From Squalus acanthias (Eukaryota): a stretch of DNA of 64,000 bases. The translations under genes and the position numbers were made by a program. Positions 48,045 through 60,212 of this stretch are shown here, in pieces. Position 1 is the first letter of the stretch. Each line of letters opens with the position of its first letter. The notes beneath the pieces were generated by a model. That model made no database searches. It saw only the letters and a program-made list of their open reading frames with translations, and was not told where the DNA came from. The stretch covers positions 14,138,001 to 14,202,000 of the forward strand of contig CM059432.1 of the NCBI GenBank assembly GCA_030390025.1, written 5' to 3'.

Positions 48045-48864
48045 CAATTGTGATTTCTGAGACGCAGTACTCTGGGTAAGAGTTTTCTTTTTGCGACTGC
48101 ATCAACGTTACTAGTCATCTTGTGCAACTTGGTGCAAAAACTGTATTTGGTTTTATTCAGCAGTGTGATGTGGTGTTGTGCACCACCAGATGAATTTCGA
48201 TCTGTCTAACGCGCTTTCACAGAGCTCTATGGATAATTAGGCTCGCACCCCACTGATAGTTATAGGTGCTATGTCTCCACTCAATTATTTGATCAACAAA
48301 AGTTAAATATGAAATTGTTGCAATAATCACAAATACCATTCTGAATCCTTCTCCTTGTATCCTTTAAATGCAATAAATTGGAAATGTTGGCATCCTGCCT
48401 CCAATGTGCTCTTAGTACTGAGATATTTAGACTGGTGTACTGCTGGCAAATTTAGAGCATTCTTTTGGGGATGCGCACCCTGTTTTTGCCAGGTCCCTCC
48501 CCATTACACATTATGTTATTCATCTTATTTAGCAGCACTGTAAATGGAATAGAATTCTGCCCTCGGTTTTCTGTAAGAACATAAGAACATACTAAGGACC
48601 ACTGGAAACTGCAGTGTAAGGCTGGAAATACCTTGCAAATGATTGTATAGATTAGAGCAGTCTTTTAAATGTTACATCACCCACCTCCCCCACGCCATGA
48701 CAGCCCTGGGTACCTGGCACTCCCAACGTTTAGAGCTACTAGAGCACAAAGGACAGGAAATACGTTTTATGTCATAATCCCGTCATTTGCATTTGAGTTG
48801 AATTTGCCTGCTCATATTAAATTGGGCCTATTCTACATTTCCCATCACTTCCAGTAGCAAATCC

Positions 48865-49340
48865 CGGAAGTGTCAAGGGAAGTGGGAGCTGGCGGAGCAG
48901 ATTCCACAACTCGTCTCCTGTCCACGTCTGGTGAAGTTACGCCAGAGACTCGATGGAGCATCAGTGGAAAATGATTCGAATGATTGGACTTCACAAGAAG
49001 TCACAAACAAGCACCTCGTGAAAGCTTCGACGGGGAAGATCCCTGGCTTTGATCTTCCGTGAAGCTTATGGGAAACCCTAAACCGCATCCGCACAAACCA
49101 TGGCAGATGCAGATGCTTGATGCACAAATGGAGAATTCAAACTCTCCAGTGTGCGACTGTGGCCACCCAGAACAGACCGTGGAACGTATAACGACTCAAT
49201 GCCCGATTCACAAATACGAAGGAGGCATCACAGCGATACACTCCGCTACTCCTGACGCAATTATCTGGCTTAACCACCTAAATGTAAAATTATAGTTGTT
49301 GCTCTACATCTACATCAGCCATACAAAGTAATAGTAGTAA
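48865..49340 (+). mobile_element. Vingi/Ingi-type LINE 3' fragment
   Basis: PGFDLP*SLWETLNRIRTNHGRC..LMHKW / SPVCDCGHPEQTVERITTQCP; very short 3' UTR ending gccatac..(tag)n. Confidence 0.7.
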
Positions 49341-49458
49341 TTTGAATTAAAGGGAATTTGTCCTATTTATAGGAGCTTGTTTGTGCCTGGAAGAATTCAA
49401 AGGTAAGAGCACAAAAGCATGGAACGACAAAAAGCTATTCAGACCATCCATCCTACTA

Positions 49459-49950
49459 CTTTTTTTTTATTCGTTCATGGGATGTGGGCGTCACTGGCAA
49501 GGCCAGCATTTATTGCCCATCCCTAGTTGCCCTTGAGAAGGTGGTGGTGAGCCGTCTTCTTGATCCGCTGCAGTCCGTGTGGTGAAGTTACTCCCACAGT
49601 GCTGTTAGAGAGGGAGTTCCAGGATTTTGACCTCGTGACGATGAAGGAACGGCGATATACTTCTAAGTCAGGATGGTGTGTGACTTGGAGGTGGTGGTGT
49701 TCCCAAGCGCCTGCTGCCCTTGTCCTTCTAGGCGGAAGAGGTCGCGGGTTTGGGAGGTGCTGTTGAAGAAGCCTTGGCGAGTTGCTGCAGAGCATCTCGT
49801 AGATGGTACACACTGCAGCCACGGTACGCCGGTGGTGGAGGGAGTGAATGTTTAAGGCAGTGGATGGGAGGGGCCAATCAAGCGTGCTGCTTTGTCCTGG
49901 ATGGTGTCAAGCTTCTTGAGTGTTGTTGGAGCTGCACTCATCCAGGCAAG
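49459..49950 (-). mobile_element. 'YKAQVR' LINE 3' end
   Basis: Same family as 20741-21212; poly(A). Confidence 0.82.
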
Positions 49951-50334
49951 TTGTCTTTCTGTTGAGTTTTTTAAAACAATATTTTTCTTTGATGCGTGAA
50001 TGCTGATGATACCATCAGGGAGCTACTGAGGGCCGGAGTAAGAGGAAAGTGCATTAATGTCAGTACATGTAGGGCAATAGGCTACAGTATCCTATTAAGG
50101 TAGTAACACATTGAGGAGTTAATAAAGGTGGTAATTTTACCAACTTGTGTTTGTAGTGTGAAGTTTTACTTTTCCAGAATCCATATTGGGAATTCAAGTA
50201 CTTATCAATCCGCTTCAAAGAATTCTATAAGGTTGGTCAAGCATAGCCTTCCATTTAGCAATCTGTGCTAACTAGCCTTGATTAACTAATTTCTCCAAGC
50301 ACTTGGTGCTTTCATCCAGTATTATAGACTCTAG

Positions 50335-50743
50335 GGGGTTGAAATGATGCAGCCCTTCTGGCAGTCTGTGCGAGTACACTGGAAGGGCTAGAGATTAGAC
50401 CAGAACCCGGATATACCCGGTCCCCACCTTTACTTTGGGGATTCTGCAGGGCCTTGTTAAGGGTGGAGCTGCCGTCTGCCTTTGTAAAGAGGCACTTGAC
50501 GTCTTTCTGGGGACGGACATGGCTTCTCCCCGGACCCAGCAGCATTTGTCAGATTTTCTGGCCGCTTGAGGCAGGTGGGCATTCCGGATGTGCCCCTAGC
50601 GGTGTGGGCACCCACTGAAGGTAACGTAATGGGGGAACCCGCCCCTGATCCCGGAGAGTCCTCCGAGGTCAACAGTGGACGTTCCTGGTTGGAACATCCC
50701 ACCACTTCGTCTCGGGATGTGTCCCCTGCAGATTTTCAGCCCC
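50335..50743. mobile_element. Harbinger-type MITE
   Basis: TIRs GGGGTTGAAAT / ATTTTCAGCCCC; flanks TAG / CAG. Confidence 0.6.
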
Positions 50744-51782
50744 CAGTAGCTTAGCAGCAACTGAAGGAAGACTATCTGGCCAACAATTTTCTGGATTATC
50801 ATATCTCCTTTTTTGAAAAAGTCTGTCATATTTCCACAATTTTCCTTTTCAAAGAATTTTAGAAAATTATAGTCAAAACTTCTGTTGTTTCTTCACTGGC
50901 TTCCCTCGTGATCTTTGGATATAAACCATCAGGTTGTGGTGACTTATCTTAAGTTTGAGAAACTTCATTAGTGCCATCTCTCTTTGAAAAATTGCTGCAC
51001 CCACTTCTGCTGCTTCTACAATTTCAACATCTACCACCTCTGTAAAAACTATCTCTGCCATTCCCTGAAACTCTACCACAAGCTTTTCTCCTTCATCTCT
51101 TACCAGCCCTACCTTTACCTTGATTACCCTCTTACTGCTGATGCGTATATAAAAGCCTTTCTCTCGTGGTTTAATTTAGTGTTTCTGATCTCCCTTTTTT
51201 TAGTTTTTCTCTATGTTCCTTATATTCGTCCTTGTTTCTCTTTTCCCTGCTTCTTTAGGCTGCCCCTTCCCCGTCTCAAGGAGACATGTCCTTCAAGAGT
51301 TTCCAGGCTTCCCCAGGAAATGACACCCTTTATGCTTACCTTGGGTCTCACATATGTCCTTATGATAGAGGCAGAACAGGAGCAGGAGAAAGAGGAAACA
51401 AGAGAGGTATGTAGGATAAGGACCAACTAGGAGGTACCCTTCCTACAGAGTTTGTTTCTCTCTCCACGGATGCTGCCTGGCCTGCTGAGTTTTTCCAGCG
51501 TTTTCTGTTGTTATTTCGAGTCCACTGACTACATCTCTTGATGGTGTCTCAGAAGAGGTCTTCTTAAGGATGCAACGGTTCAGTAAGGACGATAGAAGGA
51601 AATCCGTCTCCTGTTACAAACAGACTTTTAAACATCCTCTCAAACACAAGAAACGAAGACCAAACATACCCTGAAACACTGTCCTTAATATCACAACGTG
51701 GGTCTGTTTGGAATGAGTTTGATGGGCAGAATGGCCTTTTCTTGATCTGGACCTTCTCGTGGTCTTATCCATTGGACTTCTG

Positions 51783-52626
51783 GGGCTGGATTTTCCAAGC
51801 CCCGAGGAGGCGGGCATGGAGGCGGGACAGGTCGTAAAATCGGAGAAAGTGGGAGCGGATGGCAAACCCGCCCCCATCCCGCCTCCGTGCCCACTTGCCA
51901 GGAGGCGGGAAGATGTGCAGCTTCGGGTCCCGTATCCTGGAGGCGGGAAAGGCTTTTAACCCTTTTAACTGCCTGTTAACAGGTAGTTAACAGGCAGAAA
52001 AAAGGATTAATGCCATTTTACCTTCACAGGTGAAGGCTTCCCGACCTCGGAGAACCCCGTCGGGTTGGAGGAGACGTGGAGGAGGTCTTCGGGGGTCGGA
52101 GGCACCTGGAAGTAAGGTGTAGAGGTGAGTGATGGGTGCAAGTGTGGAGTGGAAAGTATGCAAGGTGAGTGATTAGCTTAAAAAAGTGTTCACTTACCCT
52201 TTGTTCCTTCTATAGCCTTTAGCCGCGCTGGATCGGGAGAGCGGACATCCACCTTGTCAATTTCAGGTAATGGCTGATGGACCCTCCGATCCATCAGACA
52301 TCTGAAATTTCCTTATTTTCAATGTTTGTTGAGTCCTCACCACAAAGACTCATCAAACTAAAGAGAATGTCAGTGTTTGACAGCTTCACATGCTGTCAAA
52401 CGCTGTGATTTCTTCTTTCAAGAAGTCTTGACAGATAGCACGTCTGACGTTGACGTGATCTGTCAATGACTTCTTCCCTAATTGGCCTGCTGAGCCCGCA
52501 GGGCGGGCTTAACAAGCTCAATCAGGGGAAAATCCCTCTGAATGGTCAGGCGAGGATGGAGGCGGGACATTGACACGACAAGCAGCAGTCCCGCCTCCAA
52601 CTCGCCTCCATTCACAAAATCCAGAT
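51783..52626. mobile_element. Harbinger-type non-autonomous element with an internal hairpin array
   Basis: Ends GGGCTGGATTTT / AAAATCCAG with CTG flanks; GGCGGG / CCCGCC subterminal motifs. Confidence 0.65.
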
Positions 52627-53419
52627 CTGCAGCAAGATTGTTGTTTGCTAGTCGTCCGTACTATTCTTTCTGGATCCTCTGGTCCTACCTTTCAAATATT
52701 TTATTGGCATACAGAAGCCACAAAAACCTTGCACTCTGCCACTCCTGCCCAAATGCTTAGTTAAAGTTGTGATCCTTAAAAAAAAATTAAAAATAGTTTG
52801 ACATTTTTCAAGTTAGGGTTAATGTAAGTAAGAAGTGCAAAAGTAAGTGATTAAAAATGTGAAGGACTGCAGTTCTAAGAGTGAAAAATAAGACACAATG
52901 AAGGTTTCAGCTTTCCGTTCTGAATATATATGTGCCTGGGATTAGTGAGTTTAAGACTAATAAGCGGCTCTTATAACAGTTGCAGCAGATGTCGAGTTGT
53001 TGAAATATCCAGTAATCTTAGAAGAAAAGGGTTTGTAGGCTGCAGCACTCTGCCGGAACCGAGAGCTGGAGACCCCAGTGTGTGTGTGTGTGGTTTTCTA
53101 CAGCTTGTTTGGTAACAGCTGTACAGTTGAAGGCTAGTTTCAGTGAGATAAAATTTAATATCAGCTATTTTGCAGTGTAAGTGAATGCCAATGTTTGGGA
53201 CTCTCTTTGTAAACGGGAAGGGAGTATTAATTAGTTAATAAATTGCTCAGGAAAGAACCTGAGTCCCTGAAGTGCCAAATCTCACAAAAAATGTGGGCCA
53301 GGCCATTACTTCTACATCCTGCCTATAAAGGGATGCTTTTTATTATTAGAGTTCACTTCACCTCATCTGCCTCTGCTGCAAACCTCCCCTCCCCTAGCCC
53401 ACCAAGCCAAACTTCCCCC

Positions 53420-56400
53420 AAGGCAGGTATGGGGACCCAGGAGGTGGAGGAGCCTCAGCCTTTGCAATTGTCCAACAGGTTTGAGGTTCTTGCGGCCTGT
53501 ATGGATGAAAGCGGTGGCTGCAGGGTGGAAGAGCAAACTGACCATGGCACCGAGGTACAGGAAGCCATTCAAGCAGGGGGAGTTAATAGGAATGTAGTGG
53601 TAATTGGGACAGCATAGTCAGGGGGATAGATACAGTTCTCTGCGGCCAAGAGCGAGAGTCCAGGCGGCTGTGTTGCCTGCCCGGTGCCAGGGTTCGGGAC
53701 ATCTGCTCTGGGCTGGAGAGGAGCTTGCAGTGGGAGGGGGAGGAGCCAGTGGTCATGGTCCATGTAGGTACCAACAACATAGGTAGAACTAGGAAAGAGG
53801 TTCTGCTGAGAGAGTATGAGCAGCTCGGGCTAAATTAAAAAGCAGAACCTCAAGGGTAATAATGTCTGTATTATTACCTGAGCCACGAACAAATTGGCAT
53901 AGGGTAAATAAAATTAGAGAGATGAATGCGTGGCTCAAAGACTGGTGTGGGAGAAATGGGTTTCGATTCCTGGGGCACTGGCACCAGTACTGGGGAAAGT
54001 GGGATCTGTATCGTTGGGACGGTCTTCACCTGAACCGTGCTGGGACCAGTGTTCTGGCGAGTCGTATAACTAGGGCGGTAGAGAGGGTTTTAAACTAAAT
54101 ATTGGGGGCATGGGATCAAATTTGGGAAGATGTGGTAATTCAAAGATTAGAGACAAGGCAATAGAGAAAGGTATTAATATGGGAAATGATAAACAGACCG
54201 TGACAGGAAGGGATAGAGAGTACAAATCTAAGAGTGAATCAACAGATAAGGCTAGAGGTTACAGAAATAATAAAAGGACAAAATTAAAGGCTGTGCATCT
54301 GAATGCACATAGCATTCGAAACAAAACAGATGAACTGAAAGCGCAAATAGAAATAAATAAATATGATCTGATAACCATTACAGAAACATGGCTGCAGGAT
54401 GACATAGATTGGGACCTGAATATTGAAGGGTACATGACATTTAGGAAGGACAGGAAGGTGGAAAAAGGTGGAGGGGTGGCTTTATTAATTAATGATGGTA
54501 TTAACACAATAGAGAGGGATGACCTAAGTTCAGGAAACCAGGATGTAGAAGCGGTTTGGGTAGAGATGAGAAATAATAAAGGCAAGAAGTCACTTGTGGG
54601 AGTGGTGTACAGGTCCCCTAACAGTAACCACATGGTAGGATGGAGAATAAAGGAAGAAATAATGGGAGCTTGTCAGAAGGGTACGGCAATAATCATGGGG
54701 GATTTTAATCTGCATATAGACTGGAAAAATCAGATGGGCAAAGGTAGAATAGATGAGGAGTTCATGGAATGTTTTTGGGATAGTTTCTTACAACAGCACG
54801 TTCTGGAGCCAACCAGAGAGCAGGCTATACTAGACCTGGTATTGTGCAACGAGATAGGATTAATTAATGACCTCATAGTGAAGGCGCCCCTAGGTAGCAG
54901 CGATCATAATATGATTGAATTTTACATTCAGTTTGAGAGAGAGAAGAGTGGGTCCAAGACTAGTATTTTAAACTTAAATAAGGGCAATTATGAGGGCATG
55001 AAAGCAGAGCTAGCTAAAGTGAACTGGCAAATTAGGTTAAGGGCTAGGTCAATAGAGTTGCAGTGGCAGACATTTAAGGGGATATTTCAAAATATACAGA
55101 ATATATACATTCCAACAAGAAAGAAAAATTCCATGGGGAGGACCCACCATCCGTGGTTAACTAAAAAAGTTAAAGATAGTATTAAACTTAAAGAAAAAGC
55201 ATATAATTGCGCAAAGATGGGTGGCAGGTCAGAAGATTGGACAGAATATAAAATCAGCAAAGAATGACTAAAAGATTAATAAGGAGATAAAAATTAGAGT
55301 ATGAGAAAAAGCTAGCTAGAAATATAAAAACAGATAGTAAGAGTTTCTATAGATATTTAAAAAAGAAAAGAGTTAACAAAGTGAGTGTTGGTCCTATAGA
55401 AAGTGAGTCTGGGGAATTAATAATGGAAAATAAGGAGATGGCAGTTGAATTGAACAGGTATTTTGCATCAGTCTTCACTATAGAGGATACAAGTAACATC
55501 CCAGAAATAGCTGTAAATCAGGAAATGGAAGGAAAGAGGAACTCAAGAAAATTATAATTACCAGGGAAGTGGTACTGAGCAAATTGTTGGAGCTGCGGGC
55601 TGACAAGTCCCCGGGTCCTGATGGACTTCATCCTAGGGTCTTAAAAGAAGTGACTAGTGAGATAGTTGATGTGTTGGTTTTAATTTTCCAAAATTCCCTA
55701 GATTCGGGGAAGGTTCCATTAGATTGGAAAATAGCGAATGTAACTCTTTTATTCAAAAAGGGAGCGAGACAGAAAGCAGGAAACTACAGGCCAGTTAGCT
55801 TAACATCTGTCATAGGGAAGATGTTGGAAGCTATTATTAAAGACATTATAGCAGGGCACTTAGAAAAGTTTTTGGTAATGAGGCAGAGTCAACATGGTTT
55901 TGTGCAAGGGAAATCATGTTTAACCAATTTATTGGAGTTCTTTGAGGAAGTAACATGCACTGTGGATAAAGGGGAACCGGTGGATGTACTGTACTTAGAT
56001 TTCCCGAAGGCATTTGATAAGGTGCCACATCAAAGGTTATTGCAGAAAATAAAAGCTCATGGTGTAGGGGGTAACATATTGGCATGGATAGAAGATTGGC
56101 TAGCTAACAGGAAACAGAGAGTAGGCATAAATGGGTCATTTTCTGATTGGCAAGATATAACGAGTGGTGTGTCACAGGGATCAGTGCTGGGGCCTCAACT
56201 TATTACAATTTATATAAATTACTTGGATGAAGGGACCAAAGGTATGGTTGCTAAATTTGCTGATGACACAAAGATAGGTAGGAAAGTAAATTGTGAAGAG
56301 GACATAAGGAGGCTACAAAGGGATATAGATAGGTTAAGTGAGTGGGCAAAGATCTGGCAAATGGAGTATAATGTGGGAAAATGTGAAGTTGTCCATTTTG

Positions 56401-57180
56401 GCAGGAAGAATAAAAAAGAAGCATATTATCTAAATGGTGAGAGATTGCAGAGCTCTGAGATGCAGAGGGATCTGGGTGTCCTAGTGCATGAATCGCAAAA
56501 GGTTACTATGCAGGTACAGCAAGTAATTAGGAAAGCTAATAGAATGTTATCGTTTATTGCGAGGGGAATTGAATACAAAAGTAGGGAGGTTATGCTTCAG
56601 TTATACAGGGCATTGGTGAGACCACATCTGGAGTACTGTGTACAGTATTGGTCTCCTTATTTAAGGAAGGATGCAAATGCATTGGAAGCAGTTCAGAGAA
56701 GGTTTACTAGACTAATACCTGGAATGGGCGGGTTGTCTTATGAGGAAAGGTTGGACAGGCTAGGCTTGTATCCGCTGGAGTTTAGAAGAGTAAGAGGTGA
56801 CTTGATTGAAACATATAAGATCCTGAGGGGTCTGGACAGGGTGGATGTGGAGAGGATGTTTCCTCTTTTGGGAGAATCTAGAACTGGGGTCACTGTTTAA
56901 AAATAAGGGGTCGTCCATTTAAGACAGAGATGAGGAGAATTTTTTTCTCACAGAGGGTCGTGAGTCTTTGGAACTCTCTTCCTCAGAGGGCGGTGGAAGC
57001 AGAGTCTTTGAATATTTTTAAGGCAGAGGTAGATAGATTCTTGATGAGCAAGGGGGTGAAAGGTTATCGGAGGTAGGCGGGAATGTGGAGTAATCAGATC
57101 AGCCATGATCTTATTGAATGGCGGAGCAGGCTCGAAGGGCCGAGTGGCCTACTCCTGCTCCTAATTCGTATGTTCGTATG
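53420..57180 (+). mobile_element. CR1 LINE (ORF1 SGNH esterase part plus nearly complete ORF2), inserted in an L2
   Basis: GDSIVRG..CLPGARV..VHVGTNN..DGLHLN; ORFs 54110-55267 (APE) and 55569-56900 (RT); ttcccc duplicated at the ends. Confidence 0.93.
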
Positions 57181-57449
57181 TTCCCCCCTACCCTAGTTCT
57201 GAACTCGCATCTTTCTCTAGTTTCTCTCCTATCTCCACTCATGCCCTCTCCAAGCTCATCTTGTCCATGAGACCCACCTCCTGCACTCTTAACCCTATTC
57301 CAACTAAACTGCTGATCGCCCATGTTCCTTTCCCAGCCCCCATGCTAGCTAACATTGTTAACGGTTCCCTCTTCTCTGCTACTGTCCCCCCTCCCTTTCA
57401 AATCTGCCGTCATCAACCCCCTCATCAATAAATCCACCCTTGATCCCTA

Positions 57450-58068
57450 TGTAAATACTGTGGCAACAAGAGCAGGTCAGAGGCTGGATATTCTGTGGTG
57501 AGTGTCTCACCTCCTGACTCCCCAGAGCCTTTCTACCATCTACAAGGCACAAGTCAGGAGTGTGATGGAATACTCTCCACTCGCCTGGATCAGTGCAGCT
57601 CCAACAACACTCAAGAAGCTCGACACCATTCAAGACAAAGCAGCCTGCTTGATTGGCACCCCATCCACCAACGTAAACATCCACTCCCTCCACCACCGGC
57701 GCACCGTGGCTGCAGTATGTACCATCTACAAGATGCACTGCAGCAACTCGCCAAGACTTCTTCGGCAGCACCTCCCAAACCCACGACCTCTTCCACCTAG
57801 AAGGACAAGGGCAGCAGACGCATGTGAACACCATCACCTCCAAGTCACACACCATCCTGACTTGGAAGTATATCGCCGTTCCTTCATTGTCGCTGGGTCA
57901 AAATCCTGGAACTCCCTCCCTAACAGCACTGTGGGAGTACCTTCACCACACGGACTGCAGCGGTTCAAGAAGGCGGATCACCACCACCTTCTCAAGGGCA
58001 ACCAGGGATGGGCAATAAATGCTGGCATTGCCAGCGACGCCCACATCCCATGAACGAATATTTTAAAA
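57450..58068 (+). mobile_element. 'YKAQVR' LINE 3' portion
   Basis: ORF 57502-58053: TIYKAQVRSVMEYSPLAW...SLHHRRTVAA...SWNSLP. Confidence 0.85.
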
Positions 58069-60212
58069 AATGCCCTTCAAACTACCCCTCCCATCTCCAA
58101 CCTCCAAATCCATTCCCATCCTTTCTGCATCTCCATGTTTAAACCTCACCAATCAGGTTTCCGGCCCTTCCACAGCACTGAAATGGCCCTTATCAAAGTC
58201 ACAAATAACATCCTATGTGACTGTGAACATGCTGCCTGCCTTCTCATCCTTGTCAACCTGTCTGCAGCCTTTGACACATTTGACCACGCCATCCTCCTCC
58301 AATGCCTCTCCTCCATTGTTCAGCTGAGTGGGACAGCTCTCACTTGGTTCCATTTTTATCAATTCAGTCGTAGCCAGATAACCTCCTGCAATGGTGTCTC
58401 TTCCCGCTCCCGCACCGTTACCTCTGGGATCCCCCAAGGATCTATCCTTGGCCCCCTCCTATTTTTCATCCACATGCTGCCCCTTGGCGACATCGTTCGA
58501 AAACACGTCAGATTCCACATGTACGCTGGCAACACCCAGCTCTACCTCACCCTCACCTCTATTGACCCCGCCACTGCATCTGATTTGCCACACTGCTTGT
58601 ATGAAATCCAGTACTGGAAGAGCAGAAATTAAATATTGGGAAGACCGAAGCCATTGTCTTCAGCACCCGCCACACCTCCATTCCCTAGCTAGCGATTCCA
58701 TCCCTCTCCCTGGCAACTGTCTGAGGCTGAACCAGACCATTTGCAACTTCAATGTCCTATTTGAAACTGAGTTGAGCTTCCGACTCCATAGCCTCTCCAT
58801 CAGCATGACCGCCTACTCTCACCTCTGGAATAAAAACAGAAAATGCTGGAAATACTCAGCAGGTCAGACAGCATCTGTGGAGAGAGAAACAAAGTTAACA
58901 TTTCAGGTCGATGACCTTTCATCAGAACAGTCATCGACCTGAAATGTTGGCCGGGATTTTACTAACCTCGGTGGGTCTGTGGCGGGCGATCTCGGTGGCG
59001 GGCCGTGGCCCCGCTGCTGGTTCCATCCCGCTGCCTGAAATGAATTTCCCTTGATGGGGCTTGTTAAGCCCGCCCAGCGCGTTTCCCGGCCAATTAGAGG
59101 AAGCGGGTCTGGTGACCTCATTTCATGACGCGTCATCAGCCGGTTTCCTTAAAGGGACCAAGTCCAAATTTAGTTTGACATTTGTGCTGTCAGTTTTCTA
59201 CAGCATTGAGGTGCTGCAAACACTGACAAGCACTGCACAAAGGTGCAGGGCTGCACCCAGGTTCTCCCATGACTTTCTCCATATGCTCAGTAGATCACGA
59301 AACGTTAGTACAAAGCCACACTCAACCTCATCCTGCTGTGCCTCTCATCACATCCCCATCACTCTGCCTTCCTTACCCTACTCCTGCACATCCTTACTCA
59401 CACCAACTTACCTTGCACCTCCACCCAGCCCTCTCTATCTACATTATCACATCCCCATCTCACTAGCCACCCCTCACACTCACCCTCATTCTAGTGCAAT
59501 CATACCAACTAACAACACACTTGGATAGGCACTTGGGTGTTTTATGCAATGTCCATGTAAAGGTTCCATGTTAATGTGGTGTCAAACATCGAAACCTTTA
59601 TTTTCAACACTTTGCGTTCTTGGACAGATTTGTGTGCACCTTTGGAAGTGGCTTAGTGAGTTGCAGTGAATGGTGAGACATAACGGTACCCCCCACAATG
59701 GTGATGAGTGTGAAAGGAATGGCTTGGGCATTGCAGGGATACTTTATGGTGTTGGTGTGGGGTGGTGCCAACCTGGTGCATCATGTGGCAGCCAGGGTGT
59801 ACAGTGTCAAGTGAAGTAAATCTGGCCATGGTGAGGCCATCCCTGGCAGCAATGTGGTCGGGTGCTGATGCCCTCTGTCCTGTGCAGCATCAGTTGATTG
59901 CGGAGAAGGTTGGTTGGTTGGTGGTGTTGTTGTTGGTGCTGCTGGTGTGCCTGGTGCTGCTGGTGTTGGAGCTGTTCGTGGTGGGATTCTGAGGACCAAG
60001 GTGAGAGCGTATAAAGGGTGCCCATGCTGATGGAATAGATGGCAGGTGAAGTAGAGATGACAGAAGTGATCTATCAATGGTGAGAGAGGTAATGAGGTCA
60101 GACTGGATGGAGACTTGTGTAAAGACTTGCAGAATGGCGAATCTGTTGTGGAAATGCAGTGAGGAAGAGCTTGTGTCTGAGGGAAGTTATCGCTGTAAGT
60201 TGGGAGCTTTTA

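Noticed and set aside
55569..56900. 443-aa RT ORF as an active or domesticated gene
   Set aside because: Part of a CR1 ORF2 broken by frameshifts on both sides, and ORF1 is truncated.
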